From positions 2,899-61,295 of the forward strand of contig PLDT01000083.1 in NCBI GenBank assembly GCA_003136255.1: 58,397 nucleotides of DNA, in the 5' to 3' direction. A program made the translations under genes and the position numbers. The DNA comes from Actinomycetota bacterium (GTDB taxonomy: Bacteria > Actinomycetota > Actinomycetes > Streptosporangiales > Streptosporangiaceae). The notes beneath the pieces were generated by a model, which had not been told where the DNA came from, did no database searches, and saw only the letters and a list, made by a program, of their open reading frames with translations. Positions 45,708 through 54,054 of this stretch are shown piece by piece (position 1 is the first letter of the stretch; each line of letters opens with the position of its first letter).

Positions 45708-46904
45708 TTACGATTTGATAGTGAAGGTGAGGGCGGAATCGTCGAATTCCCCGTTGGTGTCGCCGGCCCCGATTTCCAGGTAAAGAGGCTGACCTTTGGT
45801 GACCGTAACAGACATCGGTCCGATTGTTGACAGCCGATTACCGGTCTCGGTGATGGGACCGGTAAGGTCCGTGTCGCCCTGGTAGAGTTCCCAGGTAATG
45901 CCTGGTTCGTAGGTGTTGATACCTTCGATGGTCGCGGACACGGTCACCTCGCCGCTGACCGGAGGGTTCCAGGCGATAATCGCGTCCACGTCCTGATCTC
46001 CCCCGGTTGATGCTGCGCCGGAAGATACGAACACCGTGTGGCTATTCCAGGTCTCGGCATATCCGCAGAATCCGGGGATTGTCGCACCAGCGTTGTAGGA
46101 CACGAATGGATTAGTTCCGTTATCGTTCCACGTGTAGATATTGCTGACATCACAATGAGTATATGCATCAGGATCGGAAGTAAGCATCTTGTAAGTACTT
46201 TGCTGTCCGGGGAGGCCGGATTCCCAGCTCCAGACGCCGGGGTTGCCATACTGGTCAGGTGCGGGGTTGACCTGCGGGTGGCTCGCGTAGTCGGTTGTCA
46301 GGTCCCAGGTCTGTCCGGGTCCGGCTCCCGGCAGCTTCCATTGCTGGTTGGCGCCGCCGTTGCAGGTGTAGATGTCCAGTTGGGTGCCGGGGGTGGTGAG
46401 CTTGGGGTCGTCGAGGCATTTGCCGGATATGGGGTTGACCAGTGTCCCGGCGGCGGTGGCCTGCCATTGTTGGTTGACGCCGCTGTGGCAGGTCCAGAGT
46501 TCGACGGGGGCCTTGTTGGTTTTCTCGTCGCGGTAGATGTCCAGGCATTTGCCGTTGACCTGCAGGGTCCCTGAGCTGGTGACGGTCCAGTCCTGGCCGG
46601 GGCTGCCGTCGCAGGTGGCAAGGGTGATGGGCGTGTCGTTGACGGCGGAGTCACCGGGGTCGGCGACGCACAGGGAGGCGCGGTAACCCGAGACGATGGG
46701 GCCCACCGGGCTGGACGGGACGGCGAGTGTGGTCACGTGCCCGTGGTGTTCCGCGGCGGTGGCCGGCCCGGCCAGCGCCAGGGCCAGGGCTGCCGTCGCG
46801 GTGACGGCCAGGCTGGCGCGCAGCGCCAGTCGCCGCGGACGGCCCGCGGGTTTCCCGCACCCGGGCTTGCCCGTCGCACCTAGCTGGGCGGGTATTCCGC
46901 GCAT
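45708..46904 (-). CDS. secreted ricin-type beta-trefoil lectin domain protein with an unknown C-terminal domain
   Basis: Signal peptide ...ALALALAGPATA. Three QxW subrepeats (GQDWTV, NQQWQA, NQQWKL). The C-terminal ~200 aa are unassigned. Confidence 0.85.
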   Translation of the reverse strand: MRGIPAQLGATGKPGCGKPAGRPRRLALRASLAVTATAALALALAGPATAAEHHGHVTTLAVPSSPVGPIVSGYRASLCVADPGDSAVNDTPITLATCDGSPGQDWTVTSSGTLQVNGKCLDIYRDEKTNKAPVELWTCHSGVNQQWQATAAGTLVNPISGKCLDDPKLTTPGTQLDIYTCNGGANQQWKLPGAGPGQTWDLTTDYASHPQVNPAPDQYGNPGVWSWESGLPGQQSTYKMLTSDPDAYTHCDVSNIYTWNDNGTNPFVSYNAGATIPGFCGYAETWNSHTVFVSSGAASTGGDQDVDAIIAWNPPVSGEVTVSATIEGINTYEPGITWELYQGDTDLTGPITETGNRLSTIGPMSVTVTKGQPLYLEIGAGDTNGEFDDSALTFTIKS

Positions 46905-47125
46905 TCCGACCTCCCGTGATCACAATTTGAAGTCATCGAATCACTCTTCGCAGTCAAGCGCAAGCGGACCGCGGTATCTCCCGGCCAGAGGGCCGGGCAT
47001 GGTCAGCCACCTCCCGGTCGCGGAGTTGACGCCCAAGCGTCAGGGCCTCTGGGATAGAGGAGTTAGCGGCCGCCGTTGGCGATTAGCGTCAGCCCAGCGG
47101 AGATTGATGCCCAGGAGGTTCCGAA

Positions 47126-47992
47126 ATGCCACTGCTGCCCCCGCTGGTCAGCCCCGAGGAGCTCCGCGACGCGCTCGGTGATGAGCGAGTGCGAGTGTTC
47201 GACGCCACCGTCTTCCTGCGCCGGGCGGTGGACGACGGCCCTTACGTCGTGGAGAGCGGGCGGCAGAGTTACGCGCGAGCCCACATTCCCGGGGCCGCGT
47301 TCGCCGATATCCCTGGCGCGCTGTCCGACCCGGCGTCGCCGTTCGCGTTCACCCTTCCCGCGCCGGAGCACTTCGCCGCCGCGATCGGCGGCCTCGGCGT
47401 GGGCGACGGCTCGCACGTCGTCGCGTACGCGCAGGACGCGCCGATGTGGGCGACGCGGCTGTGGTGGCTGCTGCGCTACTTCGGGCACGATGACACCAGC
47501 GTGCTCGACGGCGGGCTTGTCGCCTGGACGGCAGCAGAGGGCCCGGTCGAGTCGGGCGAGAGCACGTACCCGCCCGCGTCGTTCACCGCCCGCCCCAGGC
47601 CAGAACTCCTCGCCAGCCTGGCCGACGTCCGTGAGATCACCGAGGACGGGTCCGCCTGCCTGGTCAACGCCCTGTCCCCGGCGGTGTTCCGCGGCGAGGG
47701 CCCCGGCGCCTACAGCCGCCCGGGCCGCATCCCGGGCAGCGTCAACGTGCCGTGGAACGGCCTGGTCGACGCGGCGACGAACCGCTTCCGCCCGCCCGCC
47801 GAGCTCGCCGCCGCCCTCAACCACGGCGGCGTCCGCACGGACCGGCCGGTCATCGCCTACTGCGGCGGCGGCATCTCCGCGACGGTCGACCTCTTCGCGC
47901 TCTCGCTGACCGGCCGTGACGACGCCCGGCTGTACGACGGCTCGCTGACCGAGTGGAGCGCCGACCCGGCGCTGCCCCTCGTCACCGGCTGA
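47126..47992 (+). CDS. sulfurtransferase (tandem rhodanese, 3-mercaptopyruvate/thiosulfate type)
   Basis: Two rhodanese modules. Active-site loop IAYCGGGISATV. Confidence 0.83.
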   Translation: MPLLPPLVSPEELRDALGDERVRVFDATVFLRRAVDDGPYVVESGRQSYARAHIPGAAFADIPGALSDPASPFAFTLPAPEHFAAAIGGLGVGDGSHVVAYAQDAPMWATRLWWLLRYFGHDDTSVLDGGLVAWTAAEGPVESGESTYPPASFTARPRPELLASLADVREITEDGSACLVNALSPAVFRGEGPGAYSRPGRIPGSVNVPWNGLVDAATNRFRPPAELAAALNHGGVRTDRPVIAYCGGGISATVDLFALSLTGRDDARLYDGSLTEWSADPALPLVTG

Positions 47993-49748
47993 CGCTAGAG
48001 ATCGACGCGCGCTCGAGGATGGTCACGGTCCCGGTGTCGCCGTTCACTTCGATGAGCGCCCCGTCACCGATCCGCTTGGACGCCTCGGTGACCGAGACAA
48101 CGCAGGGAATGCCCAGCTCGCGGCTGACGATGGCGGCGTGCGAGAACGGCGCGCCCACATCGACGACGATGGCGGAGGCCGCGACGAACAGCGGGGTCCA
48201 GGCCGGGTCCGTTATCGGGGCGATGAGGATCTCGCCTGGCTCGAGGGCCGACGGGTCGTCGGGGTCGGTGATGACGCGTGCCCGGCCCCGCGCTATGCCG
48301 GTGCAGCCGGAGACACCGATAATGACCTCGCCCGCCTCCGCCGGGGCGCTGGCCTGCGCTCCGCGCCGGGCCCACTGCTCGGAGTGCGGGGCGACCTCGT
48401 TGACCACGAACGGCGGCACGACCTCGAATAGGGCCAGGTAGGTATGCTCCCGCTCGCGCAGCCGCTCGGTGAACGCGGCCGGATCAGCCAGATAGGCATC
48501 CAGCTCGTCGCGGAAGAGCATGAAGATCTGCTGGGGAGAATCGAGGTAGCCCGCCGCGGCGCCGCGCCGTCCCAGTTCCAGCGCTGGCAGCCGCAGCTCG
48601 TGCATCATCATCGCGGCCGTCGTGCGGGACCGCTCGCGGCCGCGCATCCACAGGCTGCCCGCGGCCAGCGCGGCCTCGAAGCCAGCTGCGGCGTTGGGAT
48701 CTGCGGCGAGCAGTTCGCGGACGGTCCGCGCGGCAGCTTCGCGGTCGCCAGCCCGGTCGGCGTTCTTCGCCGAGGGCGCTTCCTCATCGTCGACGTGGCG
48801 CAGCCGGTCGATGGTGGCCACGGCGAGCGACGGTTTCAGGCCCCAGGTCAGCGCGCGGATCTCCCACTCGGCCGGGCCGCGGAAGTCCCACTCGGTCAAG
48901 AAGGCATCCAGCTGGTGACCGAACGCGGCGACCGCGGGCTCGTCGCTGACCTTGATCCGCTCGTACAGGTCCTCGAGGCCGACGTCGAACAGGGCGCTGA
49001 GGGCGGCGCTCTGGCGGATGCTGCGGCTTAGCGCCCACATGCGCGTGGACGGGCCAGTGGAGTCGACGTCGCCGATACCGCTGACGAGGACGAGCGCGAG
49101 CTCCGGGCGCCCGATGACCTGGGCGATCTGGGCGAGCGCGCCGAGGCACACCCCGCCTTTCAGGCTCGACTCGATGTGGCGCTGGAACAGCGGGCGCAGC
49201 ACGTCGTCGAAGCTCGTGATGCGGTGCCGAAGCTCGGCATCGGTGAGCGCGGTGATGTCGGGTCGTTCGCTGCGGATCTTCAGGACCAGCTTGCGGTCGT
49301 CGTCGTACTCGGCCAGGCTCGTGGCGCCCAGCACCTTCTCCATCAGCCACGCGCCGGCCTTGGCCTGGTACTGCGGGTCATCGTCGAAGTCGCGACGCTC
49401 GCTGTCGTAGCTGGGGATGCCGGGCATGTCGCCGAAGTACTGCCGGTCGACCGCCTCAGGGCCCATGCCGGGGACGCGGACGCCGAACAGGCGCATCAGT
49501 GACATGTTGATGTAGAGGTAGCTGTCGAAGGCCGGGATGATGTTATGGTCCACCGCGGTGTCGTAGATGTCCTGGTCCCAGACGCCGCAGTTGACGAAGG
49601 CGTCGCGCCACCCTGCTTCCAGATTGTGCTGGAAACCCGCGGACGCGTTGAGCGGGCTGATGGGGTCGGGAAATATTTCGCCCACGTTCGCCCGCGAGTA
49701 CAGCGGATAGACCTTTGATGTGGCATCGCGGATCGGCCAGGAGTTCAT
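47982..49748 (-). CDS. PEP-utilizing-enzyme swivel (phospho-His) domain protein with a large N-terminal domain and no ATP-grasp domain
   Basis: The C-terminal region GIARGRARVITDP...GEILIAPITDPAWTPLF...VVDVGAPFSHAAIVSRELGIPCVV is the mobile His domain. The N-terminal ~470 aa start with ANVGEIFPDPISPL. GAGGAGG RBS. Confidence 0.8.
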   Translation of the reverse strand: MNSWPIRDATSKVYPLYSRANVGEIFPDPISPLNASAGFQHNLEAGWRDAFVNCGVWDQDIYDTAVDHNIIPAFDSYLYINMSLMRLFGVRVPGMGPEAVDRQYFGDMPGIPSYDSERRDFDDDPQYQAKAGAWLMEKVLGATSLAEYDDDRKLVLKIRSERPDITALTDAELRHRITSFDDVLRPLFQRHIESSLKGGVCLGALAQIAQVIGRPELALVLVSGIGDVDSTGPSTRMWALSRSIRQSAALSALFDVGLEDLYERIKVSDEPAVAAFGHQLDAFLTEWDFRGPAEWEIRALTWGLKPSLAVATIDRLRHVDDEEAPSAKNADRAGDREAAARTVRELLAADPNAAAGFEAALAAGSLWMRGRERSRTTAAMMMHELRLPALELGRRGAAAGYLDSPQQIFMLFRDELDAYLADPAAFTERLREREHTYLALFEVVPPFVVNEVAPHSEQWARRGAQASAPAEAGEVIIGVSGCTGIARGRARVITDPDDPSALEPGEILIAPITDPAWTPLFVAASAIVVDVGAPFSHAAIVSRELGIPCVVSVTEASKRIGDGALIEVNGDTGTVTILERASISSVSR

Positions 49749-49955
49749 GGGCCAGCCTCCTCAATTTTGTGAACGTCTAGTCGCAAGCCTGGTCCTTGCC
49801 CAAGCCGCTGTCAAGCCCTGACTCAGCATTGAACCGGGTCGTCGAAGATGATAGACAGCTACTAGCTATGTGACACTCAAGTCGCAACCGCGAGCGAGCC
49901 GGACGGCGGTCGCGGGGTCTGGCCTCGCGAGTGACCGGCCATCGGAAGGCAACCT

Positions 49956-50756
49956 ATGCGCATCCTCGTCACGAACGACGACGGCATCGACGCTCCGGGC
50001 CTGGCGGCCCTTGTCGGACGGCTCGTGGCAGCTGACCACGACGTAGCTGTCGCCGCGCCCTCTAGCGAGCGCAGCGGGAGCGGCACGTCGCTGGGCGGCG
50101 TCGACGACGGTACGCCGATATCCGTGACAGATCATGTCCTGCCGGCCGCCCCGTCGGTACCCGCCGTCGCCATCGACGGGCCACCGGGCCTTGCTGTCCT
50201 CGCCGCCTGTGTCGGCGCTCTCGGCGAGCCTCCGGACGCGGTCATCAGCGGCATCAACGCCGGCCCCAACACCGGCCGGTCGCTGTTGTTTTCCGGCACG
50301 GTCGGGGCCGCCCTCACGGGCGCCATGCTCGGGCGCAGCGCCATGGCAGTGAGCTGCGGGTTCCTGCCTGAGGCGCGCTTCGACACGGCCGCGGAGGTCG
50401 CCTGCGCGGCGGTTCCGCTGCTGGCTCGCCGCGAGATGCGAGGTACCGTGCTCAACCTGAACGTGCCCGACGTGAGCCTCGGCCAGATCAAGGGCGTCGA
50501 GAACGGCCCGCTCGGCCACCGGGGCAGGATCCGGTACTCCATCGAGCGCACCGGCTCGCAGCTGACGGTCCGGCCGTACTTGACCGACCCGGCCGACCTC
50601 GATCACGCCAGTGACGCCGGGCTTCTCCATGCCGGATACGTGTCGGCCACGCTGCTGCGGGCGGCGCTCGGTGAGCTTGACAGTGCGCCGGTGACCGAAC
50701 TGCTCCGCCGCGCCCTTACCAGCGAAGCATCGTCGCCTGCCGCCCACGCCAGGTGA
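49956..50756 (+). CDS. surE: 5'/3'-nucleotidase SurE
   Basis: MRILVTNDDGIDAPGL N-terminal signature and GINAGPNTG. Confidence 0.9.
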   Translation: MRILVTNDDGIDAPGLAALVGRLVAADHDVAVAAPSSERSGSGTSLGGVDDGTPISVTDHVLPAAPSVPAVAIDGPPGLAVLAACVGALGEPPDAVISGINAGPNTGRSLLFSGTVGAALTGAMLGRSAMAVSCGFLPEARFDTAAEVACAAVPLLARREMRGTVLNLNVPDVSLGQIKGVENGPLGHRGRIRYSIERTGSQLTVRPYLTDPADLDHASDAGLLHAGYVSATLLRAALGELDSAPVTELLRRALTSEASSPAAHAR

Positions 50757-50765
50757 CCGCCGACG

Positions 50766-51212
50766 TCACCACGCTGGGCGGAGCCGGCCCGGTGGTACGA
50801 CCGCCTGCAGGGCTGACTGCAAGGCGGCCAGGGCGGGGGTGCCGAGCTGGCGTCTCCAGGCGTCGGTGGTGTCGGCGGCAGCCTGCTCGGCGGCCCGGGT
50901 GCACGCCCAGCCGCGTTCGGTGAGCTTCAGGATCCGGGACCGGGCGTCACGGGGATCGGCCTCGCGGATGACATACCCGCGCTGCACGAGCTGCTCGACG
51001 AGCTGGCTGGCGGCCTGCTTGGTCACACCCAGGTAGTCGGCGACGTCGATCATCGTGGCGTCGCCCGCACTGATCCGGACGAAGGCGAAGCCGTGCGCTG
51101 GTCGGACATCAGTGAAGCCGCGCTCGGCTAGCCCGTGCTGGATCCCGTCAATAACCTGCGTCGCAGCGCCGAGGACGAGCATTGCGACCGCTACGCCGCT
51201 GTCATCAGTCAT
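50766..51212 (-). CDS. MarR family transcriptional regulator
   Basis: 148 aa. Winged HTH region MIDVADYLGVTKQAASQLVEQLVQRGYV...DPRDARSRILKLTERG. Confidence 0.85.
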   Translation of the reverse strand: MTDDSGVAVAMLVLGAATQVIDGIQHGLAERGFTDVRPAHGFAFVRISAGDATMIDVADYLGVTKQAASQLVEQLVQRGYVIREADPRDARSRILKLTERGWACTRAAEQAAADTTDAWRRQLGTPALAALQSALQAVVPPGRLRPAW

Positions 51213-51221
51213 GAGGACAGT

Positions 51222-51273
51222 TTGACATGTAGGTCAATCTGCTTGACCATGTAGTCAGGCAACTTGACCATCC
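51222..51273. promoter_or_regulatory. repeated TTGAC(C)ATGTAG motifs in the MarR-cupin divergent region (candidate MarR operator)
   Basis: TTGACATGTAG+GTCAA (51222-51237, contains the TTGAC/GTCAA inverted repeat), TTGACCATGTAG (51243-51254), and partial TTGACCATCC (51264-51273). Confidence 0.45.
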
Positions 51274-51282
51274 GGAGGACCC

Positions 51283-51654
51283 GTGCCAGTCATTCGCTCC
51301 GCCGACGCCACCGTGCACCAGGTGCACGGCAGCACATTCAGTTCGTTCGCAGCGCCGTCACGAGGCAGCGCGCAGCTTTGCGCTTGGCAGTTGAAGGTGC
51401 CCGCCGGCCTGCGCGGAGTCGCCCACCGGCCCACCCGGGAGGAGGTGCTGCTCCTGCTCGAAGGGGAACTCACCGTCACGCTGGACGGGATAGCCGCTGT
51501 CCTCGCCGCGGGTGACGTCGTCCTCGTGCCCGCCGACAGCGAGTTGCGCCTGGACGGCGGGACAGCCGGTGCCACAGCCTGGGTAACGACGACGCCCGGT
51601 CTCGAGGCGGTCATGGCCGACGGCAGCCGGATCGCGCCCCCGTGGGCGAACTGA
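51283..51654 (+). CDS. cupin domain protein
   Basis: 123 aa, with the beta-barrel pattern HRPTREEVLLLLEGELTVTLDG...GDVVLVPA. Confidence 0.72.
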   Translation: MPVIRSADATVHQVHGSTFSSFAAPSRGSAQLCAWQLKVPAGLRGVAHRPTREEVLLLLEGELTVTLDGIAAVLAAGDVVLVPADSELRLDGGTAGATAWVTTTPGLEAVMADGSRIAPPWAN

Positions 51655-51708
51655 GACCGCCCGGAATCCCCGAAGACACCGCAGGCGGGATCCAGGCAGA
51701 GCCGCAGG

Positions 51709-52323
51709 TCAGCCCTCGTCGGCCGCGCCACGCTCGCGCCCGGCAGACAGCAGCAGGTCCTGGTGCAGCTCCATCCAGATGTCGTGATAGGAGTCGGCCA
51801 TCGGACGGGCGAAGGCGGCCTTGTCGCCGCGGCGCACCCGGTCCAGGGCCGCGGCGAGCCTTACCGGGTAGTTGGCGAACCGCGGCAGCGCCTTGTCGAG
51901 CGGCTCCAGGACGCAGGCCAGGAGCTGCTGGTGGACCCCAGCTAGCTGCGAGATCACCCCGGCGTCGTAGTCGGGGTCGGCGTGATCGTTCGGCTGCCCG
52001 TCCGGCCGCAGCTGCCAGCTCTGGCAGACCCGCTTGAACTCACCGTTCACCGGGAGGAACTCCGCGTAGGAGGCGGCCAGGGCCGCCGCGGCATCGCGCG
52101 TGCCGGGGTCCTCGGCCAGTTGCTCCGCGTGCGCCTGCTTACCGGCGGGAGTGAGCAACGCTCCGGCCACGCGCCCCTCCCGCATCCTCACCAGGCCCTG
52201 CCCGGCAAGCCGGCCCAGGATCTCGTCGGCCTGGGTGGCCGGCAGGCCGGTCTGCGCGCTGAGGGTGGCCAGCGGGGTCAGGCCCTTGACCCGCAGCGCG
52301 TGCAGGACCAGGAAGTCGCTCAC
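51709..52323 (-). CDS. hypothetical protein with an N-terminal winged-helix-like segment
   Basis: 204 aa. LVLHALRVKGLTPLATLSAQTGLPATQADEILGRLAGQGLVRM. Its GTG start overlaps the acyl-CoA ligase stop (GTGA). Confidence 0.55.
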   Translation of the reverse strand: MSDFLVLHALRVKGLTPLATLSAQTGLPATQADEILGRLAGQGLVRMREGRVAGALLTPAGKQAHAEQLAEDPGTRDAAAALAASYAEFLPVNGEFKRVCQSWQLRPDGQPNDHADPDYDAGVISQLAGVHQQLLACVLEPLDKALPRFANYPVRLAAALDRVRRGDKAAFARPMADSYHDIWMELHQDLLLSAGRERGAADEG

Positions 52324-53912
52324 GAAGTCTCCTTGATGGACGTGACCAGGGCACGCACGCTCTCCGGGCTCAGCTTGCCGTTAGGGCGGCGCGGCAGGCG
52401 GTCGGCTACGAGCACCCGCCGTGGCGTCTTGTAGTGCGCGAGCCGCTCGCGGCACAGCTCGACGAGCTTCTCGGTCAACGCCCACGAGTCGGTTCCGGGT
52501 CGCGGTTCGACGACGGCGACGACGCGCTCCCCGAACTCGGGATCAGGCTCGCCGACCACCGCCGCGTCTACGACGTCTGGGTGGGTGAGCAGCACGGCTT
52601 CGATCTCGGCGGGGTAGATGTTGACGCCACCGGAAATGATCGTGCTCGTCTCGCGCCCGACCAGGAATACGAAGCCGTCCGTGTCGACGTAGCCGAGATC
52701 GCCCATGCTGCGCAGCTGGGGAGCCTCACCGTCGCCGGCGCTGCGGTAGGCCAAGCCCGCGGGCGCGGCGAAGCATACCCGGCCCGCCTGCCCGGCGGGC
52801 AGCTCGTTATCGTCCGGGCCGGTGACGTGAACACGCGCTCCTGACAGCGGACGGCCGACGGAGCCGGGCTGGGTGAGGGCCTCGCCGGGCGAGATATAGG
52901 TATGCCCGTATCCCTCGGAGGCCCCGTAATACTCGTGCAGGATCGGCCCCCACCAGGCCATGATGTCCAGCTTGACCTGGGGCGGGCATGGCGCTCCCGA
53001 GGTGAAGGCCACCCGGTGGGTGGGGACCGGAGCGCCGCGCTCGGCGGGGCTCAGTCGCAGGAACCGGATGAGCATGGTCGGCACCCACTGCGAGTGGGTC
53101 ACGCCGTGCGTGCGCATCGCGGCCAGGGCGGCGGCCGCGTCGAAGCGTTCCAGGCACACCACCGTCCCGCCCGCCGCCAGCGTGATCAGCTGGAAGGTGA
53201 ACGGTGCCGCGTGGTAGGACGGGGCGGGCGAGAGCAGCACGATCCCGGCGTCGATGCCCAGCCGGTCGGTCAGTTCGGCGTGGCGCGGCGGCGCGGCGGC
53301 GGGATGCACCCCGAGCAACTTCTGGCGGAAGGCCTTGGGACGCCCCGTCGTACCTCCGCTGTACAGGACCCGCGCGCCGAGGGACTCATCGTCGATCGGC
53401 GTCTCGGCCTGGGACGACATCGCGACGCGCAGGTCGGCAAAGCCCTCCGGGATCTTCGGGTCGCCGTCGACGCACCACGCCGCGATCCCGCCGAGGTCGC
53501 CGGCCACGGTGGCCAGGCTGGCGGCGATCGCCGCGCTGGTGATCAGGGCACGCGGCCGGGCGTCGGCGAGCAGCTGCGCGAGCTCCGCCGGCTTGAGGTG
53601 CCAGTTCAGCGGCGTCACGTATAGCCCTGACCGCATGCCGGCCGCGACGACGACCGGCCATTCGATCCGGTTCTCCAGCACCAGCGTTACGGTGTCGCCG
53701 GTGCCTATCCCGTGCTGTCGGAACAGGTGCGCCAGCCGGTTGGACGCGCGATCCAGCTGCGAGTACGTCAGCGTCTGCCCCGAGCCAGCCATGATGTAGG
53801 CGACCCGGTCCGGGTACCGGTCGGCGACAGCGGGCGGGTACACGCGGGTTTCTCCTGTCCCAGAGTGCTCGAAAGTAAAAGTTTGTGAATGCTGCGTCGC
53901 ACTTGACAGCAA
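52320..53912 (-). CDS. AMP-dependent acyl-CoA synthetase/ligase
   Basis: YSGGTTGRPKAF AMP-binding motif, and a C-terminal YKTPRRV...PRRPNGKL. The start is uncertain (TTG 53912 or a downstream GTG near 53840). Confidence 0.88.
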   Translation of the reverse strand: MLSSATQHSQTFTFEHSGTGETRVYPPAVADRYPDRVAYIMAGSGQTLTYSQLDRASNRLAHLFRQHGIGTGDTVTLVLENRIEWPVVVAAGMRSGLYVTPLNWHLKPAELAQLLADARPRALITSAAIAASLATVAGDLGGIAAWCVDGDPKIPEGFADLRVAMSSQAETPIDDESLGARVLYSGGTTGRPKAFRQKLLGVHPAAAPPRHAELTDRLGIDAGIVLLSPAPSYHAAPFTFQLITLAAGGTVVCLERFDAAAALAAMRTHGVTHSQWVPTMLIRFLRLSPAERGAPVPTHRVAFTSGAPCPPQVKLDIMAWWGPILHEYYGASEGYGHTYISPGEALTQPGSVGRPLSGARVHVTGPDDNELPAGQAGRVCFAAPAGLAYRSAGDGEAPQLRSMGDLGYVDTDGFVFLVGRETSTIISGGVNIYPAEIEAVLLTHPDVVDAAVVGEPDPEFGERVVAVVEPRPGTDSWALTEKLVELCRERLAHYKTPRRVLVADRLPRRPNGKLSPESVRALVTSIKETS

Positions 53913-53919
53913 CAGTCTA

Positions 53920-54030
53920 GGCCGGGTCGTTCGGCTTCATCAAGGGTCTTCCGCTTAGGTGCGAGATGTGATTTAGTGATTCATCAGTCGCATAAAGGTC
54001 CGGCGGCGGGGCTGGGCCGGGTCGTTCGGC
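53920..54030 (+). repeat. two copies of a 16-bp direct repeat in the ligase/P450 divergent region
   Basis: GGCCGGGTCGTTCGGC occurs at 53920-53935 and 54015-54030. An AT-richer patch with tandem GTGATT-TA-GTGATT lies between the copies. Confidence 0.4.
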
Positions 54031-54054
54031 CGAGATGCCGGAGGTGTCAGAGGG

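Noticed and set aside
49779-49889. AGTCGCAA(G/C)C repeated about 100 bp apart in the PEP-utilizer/surE divergent region, plus the AGCTA-C-TAGCT palindrome
   Set aside because: The match is only 8-9 bp and there is no supporting context, so it could easily be chance. Not reported as a feature.
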